The notes beneath the pieces were generated by a model. It saw only the letters and a program-made list of their open reading frames with translations. It was not told the origin of the DNA and did no database searches. A stretch of DNA of 63,784 bases, filler included, from Intoshia linei (lineage: Eukaryota > Animalia > Orthonectida): assembly GCA_001642005.1 (NCBI GenBank). It is 6 parts of 6 records of this genome, joined end to end, with 100 filler letters (N's around TTAATTAATTAA, not from the genome) between each part and the next. Parts side by side here need not be neighbours in the genome. Positions count along the whole stretch, not along the records: positions 36,035 to 53,103 come from LWCA01000815.1; positions 53,204 to 58,068 come from LWCA01001856.1; positions 58,169 to 61,162 come from LWCA01002211.1; positions 61,263 to 63,784 come from LWCA01002316.1; 2 more parts are not named here. One strand, written 5' to 3'. The position numbers and the translations under genes are program-made. This document shows, piece by piece, positions 52,807-63,784 of the stretch. Each line of letters opens with the position of its first letter. Positions within the stretch are counted from its first letter, which is position 1.

Positions 52807-53203
52807 AATATAAGGAAAACTAAAATAAATTGTAATCTAATTTTTTGAATACTAAAACAATATGGTATATCAGTTATTGCCCCGAATTTTAAATTGTTAA
52901 TTATGTATACTTTTTTTATAATTTGAAAATGAAAAAAAGTCGAAAAAAATATGCGACAAAAGTGCTCTAATGCTTTTTAATTTACAGCAAAATAGGTACA
53001 ATATTTTTTATTTAAAACATAATTTTATAACTTTAATAATGAGTTCTTTCACCTTTATTTGTAATAACTTCAAAAATTCTAGAAGGCATACTTGCAATTA
53101 AGGNNNNNNNNNNNNNNNNNNNNNNNNNNNNNNNNNNNNNNNNNNNNTTAATTAATTAANNNNNNNNNNNNNNNNNNNNNNNNNNNNNNNNNNNNNNNNN
53201 NNN

Positions 53204-53788
53204 GCAATTAAGAATTTTATCATGAAAAAAAATTTCCCGAATATATTGTGAAAGATTTATTTAATTATTGCTTCTGAAAAATGACTTAAAAGTTATTTTA
53301 ACAAAAAATATATAATAAATTTTGGTATATTATGGAATCTCTGTATTGACCATATTCATTGCAAACATGACTTTATTCAATGTAAACATGACTTTATTTT
53401 TGCAAACATGATTAACAAGATCGTGAATGTCTTGTATTTGAATGAATTTATTATAACGTAAATAACCAGAATTCGAGAAATTAAATCGTTAATAAAATCT
53501 AAAAAAAGAAAGCTAGAAACAAATTTAAAAAAATAAATTGTATAACTAAACATGGAGTACAGTATTATAAAGGCGGTACCACGTTTAAAAGCTTAAACGC
53601 CGATTTCTGTTAAAATAAAGTTCAGTTTTAATGTTTTTATAATATTTATACAGTGATATTTAAAATGACAAACGCAACTCGAATAGATAGTGTTAAATAT
53701 TTTTGATTGCCAATTAGTTTTTTTATTTTAAAAATACACACTTTTAGTGCTAATTGCCCTTGATTCTTTGATGGGTGTGACACCCTAA
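53204..53788 (+). repeat. Repeat shared with 61292..61792, ending in the hATm-like terminus tgtgacaccctaa
   Basis: Long near-identical blocks such as ttatggaatctctgtattgaccat and caagatcgtgaatgtcttgtatttg. Confidence 0.8.
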
Positions 53789-54509
53789 TGTATATATTAT
53801 ATTCTCTATATATCTTATATTTTACTAATACTGTGTGAAAAAACTGTAATAGAAATATGACTGGTAGTTATTGAAATAAACGATAACACACAAGGATATT
53901 AAATAAGTAACGATTTAGAAATTCTATTATAGATAAACAACAATATCAAGGGTTGCCCTTAAACAATTTTTTTAAGAGTTATGGGATAACATTTTAATAC
54001 ATTAATTAACTATCACGATATTTAACATATTCAAATTATAGAAATTTTTTTAGTGTACATTTCATTTTATTTACGTTTGAATAAATGCATGTATTGTCAA
54101 TTTTTAGTAGCCATGGATTTATAATTTCTTAGCATGGTCGATCATTTTAATTTTTAGTGGTTTTTTATTTATTGCAAGTATCAATTTTATATAAAAAACT
54201 AATCTGATTTTACTATGGTAATTATAATTATATCATATATAATTAAAATTTTATTATCTCACATTTATTATCTTTTTGGTAATGTAAAAATCTAATTCTA
54301 AGTATTATTATGATATTGTTTTGAATATTGCGCCGTGTAATTAATGTTCAACACTCAATTCAGACCACTTTTAACTGATTCAGTACATTTAAACATTTAG
54401 GGTAAATCTAAACTTTTAAATAAATATAACCCATAAAATAAATAAAACCGTATACATTAAAAAATTAAACTTTCTTCTTTCAATATTATAATGACTATCA
54501 CCTTTTTAG

Positions 54510-57500
54510 GTTATGTGTTTGATACGATGATAAAGGAATTTGAGGATAATGGATATGAATCTGGTATAAACCTAGGAGGCCTATCTTATGATTTTCGACG
54601 AAATCCAAGTATGATTAATTTTGTTCTGTTATATACTAGGTTGACTGTCTTGTACTATGTACAAACAGAAACCTAACTCTGCCGGGGTTGAAATTATTAA
54701 GTCTATTCAAAAAATAAATTTAATAAGAAAATTTAATTTAAAGATGATACAATCCACCATTACCAATTTTTAAAAGCATTGTTTCTAAACTTGTGTCACA
54801 TGGCCTGCCCTATCACATTGCCTTATAATTTAAAAAGAATTATTTTATCTTAATTATAATTTCATAACATTGATGTATAAAATTTTAAATACCGATTTTG
54901 TTATTTTCAATGTGATGATACGTATTCAATATCTGCATTCGATAAGTAAAAAATATCAATTTCGTATCATAATTAATAATAATATTATACGTCATAATTT
55001 TATACGTTATCAGAACTTTAGAAAAATATTTCGGAATTTTAAAACATTACACAGCATTGTACTAAATATAAAAATAATAATAACTAAAAATGTACTTCGT
55101 TGTTTAGATTTAGAATAAATTTTTTTATAATGAGTATTTGAAAATAATAAATTGCGAAGGAATGAATTATATTGATTTTTACCCATATTTTGTATTTGGA
55201 AATGTGTAGACGTTCAGTGCACACTTTTTTCTAATTGTATGACGATTATGTAATTTTTGATTAATAATTTCAAAAATTTAAAAAACATTTTTATATAATA
55301 TATTAAACAATATTTTTCACTAGGAAACCGTAGATTTCTGGCGTTAAAATTTTATTCAACTGGAATAGGCTGTATCAGAATAATCTTCTTTTTTTTAATA
55401 GTACGACCGTTAAATATTTCAAATTTCTTGTATAGCTTCGATATAACAAAAAATTAATACTAACATGATTTTGTAACTATGAACTTCATAGTATGAAGGC
55501 GTTACATTCAATGTTATTACATTCAATCATATTAAAATGTTGTATATATTAACTGAATATAACAGCCTCATCAAGCAACATTAGCCTGACGTTACGATTA
55601 TATAATAACTGTGAGATTATCTCTTATATCGAAAATATTAAATTTATTCTTTCAAATATATTATTGATCCTGAATTTGAAGCAGAATGATTATATATCTT
55701 TATATGTCACGTAACATTTGTTTCGATATTTGAACGTTCGCCATTGTTTATTAGTTTGTACTCAGAATGTTAGTCTTAAATTGATACCTTAGTCGAGAAT
55801 GATCAGTAAATTATTCCTACCAATAACTTTTAAACGTATACTTGTTAACATTTATTTATTCATTTCTAGAGGGTGCATTTTATTTTGAATTTTGTTATAT
55901 TGAAATTTTCAATATAAAATAGAGAATAAAATTATTTTTTTGTTCTTAATTAATTTTTATAAAAAAGTTAACAATTTACTGCAAGGTTCTTGAACTTTAA
56001 ATTTGACGGACCCCCAATTTTATCAAATAATTTTTGAGTCTCGACTATAAAATATTTTTATCTATAATAAATCCTAAATAAATTATCGCAAGATAAATCG
56101 ACAAGGTATCCTGCTGGGGTACAAATAATTTTTTAGTATCTGCAAACAAAAGTGATTTCTAACCCAATTATTAAATAAATCTTGCACCAGAAAATAATTT
56201 CTGAATGAATTTTTATAAGAGTTGAATGATCCCTAAAAATTGCTAGCAAATCATCAGAAATTTTTTGTTGAGATATTTTTAAAAAATTATGAAGGATTGG
56301 AAACAATTCATAGATTGAGTTTTTAATGGGTAGTAACCATAGAATTTTTCTTAAAATAGTTCGCGAACCTACTGGAAAATTCTACTAACCCCAGTTTAAT
56401 AAACACTACCCTAAGGTATAATTTATAAATAAAGTTTGCACAGTAAAATTTATAAAATTATAACAATTTTTTGATTTTTAAAGAAAAGATTTATTTATGG
56501 TTTTGCTATGAGTTTATTTCATAATATATTATTTTAGATGCAGATTTTAGTCGTAATTTACGAAAAATTGTTAAAATGTATTATGAAGTTAATAAAAGGA
56601 AATGTACCTTAATAGCTTATAAATATGGAGGATTAATGACGCTACACAGTATTGCATCAAATAAAAAATACTATGAAACATACGTTGAAAATATTATTTT
56701 GATATCTGTACCATTTGGTGGGCAATATTCGTCTATATATGAAATGGAGACTGGTAATAACAATAAAATTGATAACTTCGTATAATTTGTGTTTACCACA
56801 TGTTTTGCCACGAATTTTTTAAAATTTAATATATTATTTTTTTGTTATATAATTAATGAAAAAACACATTTACTTTTTAAAAATTAGAAGCTTCACTGTT
56901 ATATATCTTATAAAAACAGTTGCCAGATCTACAGAGTGTTACATTCTTAATTAATACCAAAAAATAAAATTTAGATTAATATGAAATCTAACCTAAACAT
57001 GTAGAATTTAACAAACGCTTAAAACCGGGGTTTTTAATGAAATTTGAACATGGATCGGCCATTTAATATTGCATTTTTTTTGCTTTTACAACTACTTTTA
57101 CTTCATGTAAGCAAGGTTTTTACTGTATACAAACAGAAGCTAGTTCGTCCAAGGGTTGGACTTAAATTAAATTTCAAATTATCAAACTTCATTTTTATTT
57201 TAACCCTATAAAGATTAAGGGCACTTTTTACAAGAAGCTAATTTAAAGCAACTAGTTTTAATAAATACTCAATAAGTACTCTTATGGCTTACATCAGGAG
57301 TGCTATTTTTATATAATATTTTTAATAATACTACTATACGACATAATATGTACTTATTTATAATATACTATTTATTTTTATTTTTACTATGTATATAAAT
57401 GATTATTAATATTATACAATGCATTATTTGGATATATTAACTGATAATTTTTACTCATGAATTTAGATGCAGTATTAGATTCAAATATACCATCATTATT

Positions 57501-57844
57501 GATTTACAATGGTAAAAAAGTTTTAAGAGATTGGGAATCTACATTATTTTCCTATCTAAATCATAAACATCCTGAAATGAATAACGTAATTTATCAAAAG
57601 GATACTTCAAGTTATACTTATGTTGAATTTATGAAATCGCTACATCCAGATATCATAGAAATTATTGAAAATAATAATTTAAAATATGATAAAATATTTG
57701 AATACATGAGTAATAATAATCAAATTAAGTTAGCTTGTGTCACTGGAAAATCTACAACATTTTCGACACCAGGAAGTGTCTCTGTGTCGTCACAAGTATT
57801 TTCTTACAATAGGATAGATGGAGATGGTTTGACAGATATAAAAA
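54510..57844 (+). CDS. LCAT/PLA2G15-family protein, partial; exons 54510..54608, 56538..56753, 57467..~57844
   Basis: GYVFDTMIKEFEDNGYESGINLGGLSYDFRRNP, CTLIAYKYGG, ILISVPFGG, LACVTG..TP and DGDGLTDIKS parallel PLA2G15 motifs (YFHTMV..GY..G..VRGAPYDWRRAP, VLVAHSMG, LGAPWGG, GDGDGTVNLKS). Intron phases are consistent. Confidence 0.8.
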
Positions 57845-58921
57845 GTAATAATATATATTATTATAATAATATTTCACAAAAAAAGGTGTATAAATATATC
57901 TCTTAGAATCTATGATAAAAAATAAAGTGTATTTTTTTGAATTTATCAATTTTCATAAAAATGAGGTAGTTTATGATTTTACTCTATAGTATAAAAAATG
58001 ATTTTGATTAGATTAGCGGGTTAATAAATTTTTACATACATAAAATAGTTCTAAAATGATAAGGTAAGNNNNNNNNNNNNNNNNNNNNNNNNNNNNNNNN
58101 NNNNNNNNNNNNTTAATTAATTAANNNNNNNNNNNNNNNNNNNNNNNNNNNNNNNNNNNNNNNNNNNNGTATTTCAATGAAAATAATTATATTCAGTATA
58201 AAATGTTAAAAAAATGAAAATTTAAATATTTTTTGCAGTAAAATTTCCATTTCTTGCATTTAAAAAAAACACTACTAAGAATTTTTTAAAATACTCCAGA
58301 AAGTGTACCGGTTCAGAAAATGTATAATTTGTAGACCTACAATTTTTTTCATCTAAAATTTATGTCTAATCTAATACAATGAACTCTGATAAAACTAGAT
58401 TTGTCGTTCAAAAAGAAGTGTTAAATAATATCGAATGTGAATTTCATCAGTATTTTATGGAAACGCAATCGAAAATTATTATAGAATATGTCATGAAAAT
58501 TGGAAACTATCAAAATGTACATATCAATTTTACAAGAAAAAGTTTAATTTCCACCATATTATAGCGATCTCCCTTTTACTAAAATTGACTACCGAAGATA
58601 AAGACGCAAAATCTATTTTATTGGTTCAGGAATGATTAGAATGGTTTGTGTACAATCCATAAGGCGGTACCAATATAAATTATGAACAAATCACTGCTCA
58701 ATTAAAATTAATTTGATTATCACTGTTTACATTGTGCCAACAATAAAATATCATTCAATTACAGTCCAGCACCGTTAGTAGAGAATTCGTTAGTGAATAA
58801 TTCTTAAGAATTTAAATTTAAAATTTATTTTACTTCAAACTTTTGTAAAGAAAGTTAATTGATTCTATTTAACGAAAATCATTTTGTGTTTACAATTACG
58901 ATTACGAGAGAAAGGTATAAT

Positions 58922-61162
58922 TGTAATGATTTGATGTCAAAATGTATTAGGTTTTGAGATTTCATAATAAAACAATTTTAAGTATATCGATAATAAATAT
59001 ATCTATAACAATGAAGAGTACTTCATTACACCTCCGCCTTGAAATTAATGAATAGTCTTTGAATCTTTCAGGAAATTTTTTGGTTCGTTTTGATTTTGTA
59101 TAGTTTATCTTGTTTTATTGCTCGAGGAATAATGGCACTATAATTTTTATGATGAAATAAAAAACCTTTCTGTCTCAATTTATCATAATTTCGCTTCATA
59201 CGCACCATCTGTTTATCACGTGTGGTTTTAATACATTTTAACAATTCAATTCGGTTTTTACAAGAACTATCGTACATATTTGAACCAAAAACAACATCTG
59301 ATGGCGTTACTCCATTTTTAACATATACTGTAGAACGCAAACTCATCAAAACATAAATTAACATATCATCCCAATTGTTATCCTTCGTTAGTATTNCGCA
59401 CCACCTGTTCATCACGTGTGGTTTAAATACATTTTAAAAATTCAATTCGGTTTTTACAAGAACTATTTGAACCGAAAACAACATCTGATGGCGTTACTCC
59501 ATTTTTAACATATACTGTAGAACGCAAACTCATCAAAACATAAATTAACATATCATCCCAATTGTTGTCCTTCGTTAATATTCTCAATCGTTCCCGAATC
59601 GTACGATTGAAACGCTCCACAGTGCCATTTTCATTATGCTTATAAGGCCGTGAATTTATTTTTTGAATGTTAAACATATTACATGGTTGCTGAATTATTT
59701 GTGCTTCAAATTGCCGTCCACAATCAAAATGCAGACTCGATGGTGGACCATATCGAGATACAATATTTTTCAATATAGACGTGAATACATTTTCAGCTGT
59801 AATCATATCGAGTGATTCGGCCTCACACCAACCCGAAAAATGGTCACACATAACCAATATATATTTTTTTTTCTATTTATGGTTTCATTAAATAAATCAA
59901 GAATATCGATTTGCCATAATTCATTAAATCGATTTGTAATAACTGGTTTTAAAGAAGAATGTCTACTATAATTACGGTATTTAGAAGTACTGCATATATC
60001 ACATTTTGTTACAAACTCCTTAATATCACGATACATTGATGGCCAATAATATTTTTGTCGTATATTATACCACGTCTTAAATATACCCGGATGCGCAAAT
60101 GCCAACTATTTGTAGTAATAAGATAAAATAGTCTGAATTGAATTATCAGGGATTAATATAATTTTTTTTTAGATTCATGATTATAATATACAATATTTTC
60201 ATCAACTGATAAATTAGATGTAATTGCAAAGAACTGATTATCATTAGTAATGTTTTCTTCTCTAATAACTACAATATTTTTATCATCATCCTGTAATTTA
60301 AGAGGACTTAAATTAGAAAATTCAATTCTTTGACAAGCTGTGATGGTTAAATCTCTAGATAACCAATCCGCCGTAAAATTTAATGGACCAGGTCGATATT
60401 CAATCTCATAATCAAAATGTTCGATTTTAAGTAATAAATTCAACAAGTTTTCAGGTAAGTTTTTTTATGGTCTAATGTATACCACAGGTTTGTGATCAGT
60501 GATAATCTTAACAGGACGGCCTAATAAGTATGTCTTAAATTTTAACACGCTTTTAACAACAGCAAATAGTTCCTTATGAGTTGTGCTGTAACGCATTTCA
60601 GTATCGTTTAATTTTCTACTAAAATATTCTATAACTTTTTCATTCTGTAATAACACCGCACCAACTCCAACTTTAGAAACATCACCTTCTAATATAAAAT
60701 CCCAATTCTTTTGAGGTAATGATAGCAGTGGTGAAGACTTGAGAGCCTTTTTTAATGGCATATAAGCCGAGTGTTGGTTTTCCTGCCATACAAAAGCTAC
60801 ACTTTTCTTTAATAGTAATAATAAGGGTTCAGTTATCTCTGTGTAATGAGATATAAAGCGTCGGAAAAAATTACATACACCTAAAAATCTACGCAATTTT
60901 TTTATATTTTTAGGTACTACCATATTATCAATCGCTACGACCCTTTCATTAGATATTTCAATACCATCCGAATTTACAACATGTCCTAAAATATTGAGTT
61001 CACCAACTCCCAATTTGCACTTTTTTGGGTTAACCGTTAGTCCAGCGTTACGTAAAATGGTAAAAACCTTTGTCAAATCTCGTTTATGTTCATTCACTGA
61101 CGTAGATGCAATTATAATATCATCTAAATAAACCTTAACGTTTTTCACATTTCTAAATAATT
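58922..61162 (-). mobile_element. Ty3/Gypsy LTR retrotransposon, 3' part (RT-RNaseH-IN, PPT, 3' LTR 58922..59030), frameshifted
   Basis: YLDD, LRRFLG, DVSKVGVGAVL, YFSRKL, ITDHKP, HPG..T...YYWP.M..DIKEFVTKCDIC, WQID, DCGRQF, NGTVERFNRT. PPT aaggcggagg is followed by a 109-bp LTR tgtaatga...tcattaca. Confidence 0.95.
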
Positions 61163-61873
61163 NNNNNNNNNNNNNNNNNNNNNNNNNNNNNNNNNNNNNN
61201 NNNNNNTTAATTAATTAANNNNNNNNNNNNNNNNNNNNNNNNNNNNNNNNNNNNNNNNNNNNATAAAATTTAAATATAATTATCGACAAATGTGCAATTA
61301 AGAATTATTATGATACTATTATTATAAAAAAAATTTTCCGAATATATTGTGAAAGATTAATTTAATTTGTGCTTCTTAAAAATGACTTAAAAGTTATTTT
61401 AACAATTATTATCTAATAAATTTTGATATATTATGGAATCTCTGTATTGACCATATTTATTGCAAACATTACTTTATTTTTGCAAACATGACTAACAAGA
61501 TCGTGAATGTCTTGTATTTGAATGAATTTATTATATTGTAAATAACCAGAATTCGAGAAATTAAATCGTTAATAAAATCCAAAAAAATTGAGATAGAAAC
61601 AAATTTAAACAAGACAAACGCAACTCGAATAGATAGCGTTAAATATTTTTGATTGCGAATTAGTTTTTCTATTATAAAAATACACGCTTTTAGTGCTAAT
61701 TTCCCNATTAGTTTTTCTATTATAAAAATACACGCTTTTAGTGCTAATTTCCCATCAAATTCTAAAATTTTCCAAAAAATGTGACACCCTAATATACATA
61801 TTTGTAGAAAGTATAACTTGTTACAACATACAAAAATGTAAGTACTTTATACAGAGGTCCTACTGTATTTTAA

Positions 61874-62059
61874 CCCTTTTACTGTCTAATACTATTTTAT
61901 GATGTATCACCACACGTCTGGAATTTGTTTTAATTTAAACTTGTATTATTTTTAAATTACCTATGTGAAAATGTATGAAAATATCAGAATAAAGTTTTTC
62001 AAAATTATACTGTGAAGTGAAATTGCTGTGTATAGTATAAAATACAGACAGGGAAAGGG
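61874..62059. mobile_element. piggyBac-type MITE
   Basis: TTAA TSDs; TIRs cccttttactgtc / gacagggaaaggg. Confidence 0.8.
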
Positions 62060-62291
62060 TTAAATAACTTTTTATTGACATAATACAAAAATTTCTTAAT
62101 TTTGTCCGTTACCCTAAAATTTATCCTGTAAACCCCATATTCGTGTAATTTCTCCAGTATCCCAAAACTTTTCTGCGATCCCTAAGAGATCACTGGTTGA
62201 TTAATTATGAGTTGATCTTATTAAATACAATATAACTAAGAAATGAGTAATAAATGAGAACTAAGCTGAAACAAAAAACAGTATAAATAAT

Positions 62292-62908
62292 TTATTTATC
62301 AGTTTCTAAGTGATATTTCTTGCGTATTTTAATAAGAAAGTCAACTATTAGTACAGCCGTAACTCCTAATGATAAAATCTAAATATAAAATTGAATACTT
62401 TAGTATTAAATTATACGCCAGAGATTATGTATCCTTTGCTTTGAGTGAAAAGGGCTACAGCCGAACCAAAGCAGGAAATTATTCCAACAATGTACAAAAT
62501 CAGATGCTAATAGTAAAAATTATACAAAGTACGATATTATTATTACAATTTTGCGCCACCTGAGAGTTGTAAAGAAAATGATTCCGCTGAAACAATTGCA
62601 ATATAACAGTACACAAAAAATAGGAATTGACAATAACTAAACCTTTTATATAAAATTCAATAAAAATATACCAATCCTATCATCGTAATGTATGCAATCA
62701 TGATGGGCCCTTCAGTTTTACCAGTTATAGCTATTAAAATTAATATAGCAATAGCTATTCCCTATTTAAAAGTAAAAATAATTCTTATAAAATTCACCAA
62801 TTCCAATCCGTATAAAATATATTGATGTGATTCTTCTCTAGTACATCTGAATGTACAAAACCCAAATTTTTTGGTAACATTGCCTGCGTCTATATTTATT
62901 GTGGCCAT
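62292..62908 (-). CDS. Small four-TM protein, MARVEL/CMTM-like, 5 exons (missed by the ORF track)
   Basis: Four 35-40-nt phase-0 GT-AG introns give MATINIDAGNVTKKFGFCTFRCTREESHQYILYGLEL|GIAIAILILIAITGKTEGPIMIAYITMIGL|LLSIPIFCVLLYCNCFSGIIFFTTLRWRKI|HLILYIVGIISCFGSAVALFTQSKGYIISG|ILSLGVTAVLIVDFLIKIRKKYHLETDK*. The family is inferred from topology. Confidence 0.7.
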
Positions 62909-63784
62909 TTAAAAGTAAATAAAATAAATAACGTTAATACACATTAAATATTTGTATATCTATGACGATTATTTAATGTACAATTATGAAACAATTTAAA
63001 AAATTGTTAAAAAAATAAGCAAAGTCGATTCAGAAATACATAAATATTTTTGAATGTCAAGTCAACATCAAAATTTTATTTTTTAAAAATGTTAGATTTG
63101 TGTGAAAAAGAATTTTTTGATATCAATATTACCCTAAAAATGTTTAATGTACAGTTGTGTGATTTGAACTTTGAATGGTCGTGATTTTTTGATTGTAAAC
63201 ATAATTTAACATGATATTAAACTATTCTTTACTTATATAAACATGAATGTCTGTGTGTGTAACCATTTATTGAAAAAATTGACAGTCGCAGGTCGCAGTC
63301 GCAGGATTTAAAAAAACCCAATTTCTAGTACCATGTGTTTTGAAAAATCTGAAATTTCATTAAAAAAAAAGAAAATTATCACTGAAGAAATTGCTGGAGA
63401 CGATTTAGATAAAATCGATAAAATGATTTTTATACTGATCACCGAATGAATTTGATATTACAAATGAAAACCATAATATGAAAAAAGTTGAAACAGATAT
63501 AACCGGTTAATTGATGAAAAAATAAATTTGTTCCAAGCACTGCATAACATAGATATGATTTATAATTTGGACCGTGAAGCATATCTAAAATTCAAAAAAA
63601 CCAGTGAGGAATTACGATATCATCTTAGAAATACGTAAAAAAAAGAAGATATCAAATTATATACGTATGTATTTCAAATAATTTTGTAAACAATTAACAA
63701 TTTTAATTAAATTATAAAAAATATAAATTTATACATAATTCTAATTTTGCAATAATAATTTTATATATTTAATATTCACTTGTT

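Noticed and set aside
59200-59580. Duplicated integrase C-terminal segment (similar small duplication at 61660-61755)
   Set aside because: Junctions coincide with single Ns (59396, 61706); assembly artefacts.
3371-61792. Scattered TTAGGG/CCCTAA as telomeric repeats (3371, 14604, 16872, 30103, 53785, 61790)
   Set aside because: Single copies followed by conserved non-telomeric sequence; better explained as hATm-type transposon termini.

Overview
Very AT-rich, intron-containing animal genomic DNA. Many introns are 25-45 nt and transposon relics are dense. This resembles a reduced invertebrate parasite genome such as an orthonectid, but the taxon is my inference. The window is six contigs joined by artificial N-TTAATTAATTAA-N spacers. 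Genes reconstructed by hand-splicing and from remembered homology: NPRL2, 3' half of DRC3/LRRC48, a decayed Cys-loop chloride channel, a calmodulin/myosin-light-chain-like EF-hand gene, C7orf57-like, TAF1A-like, the last exon of TONSL-like, NOL6, Rieske UQCRFS1, RSF1-like, TBC1D24-like, an LCAT/PLA2G15-like gene lacking the catalytic Ser, and a MARVEL-like 4-TM gene. Mobile DNA includes Tc1, hAT, hATm, pogo-type and piggyBac-type elements plus Gypsy LTR relics, often nested. The most notable signal is a short, divergent U6atac (minor spliceosome) snRNA gene lying antisense in a NOL6 intron. A second, unidentified Sm-site RNA-like element lies about 550 bp away, and DRC3 has a candidate non-canonical (AT-AA) mini-intron. 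All homology calls are by eye, not from searches.
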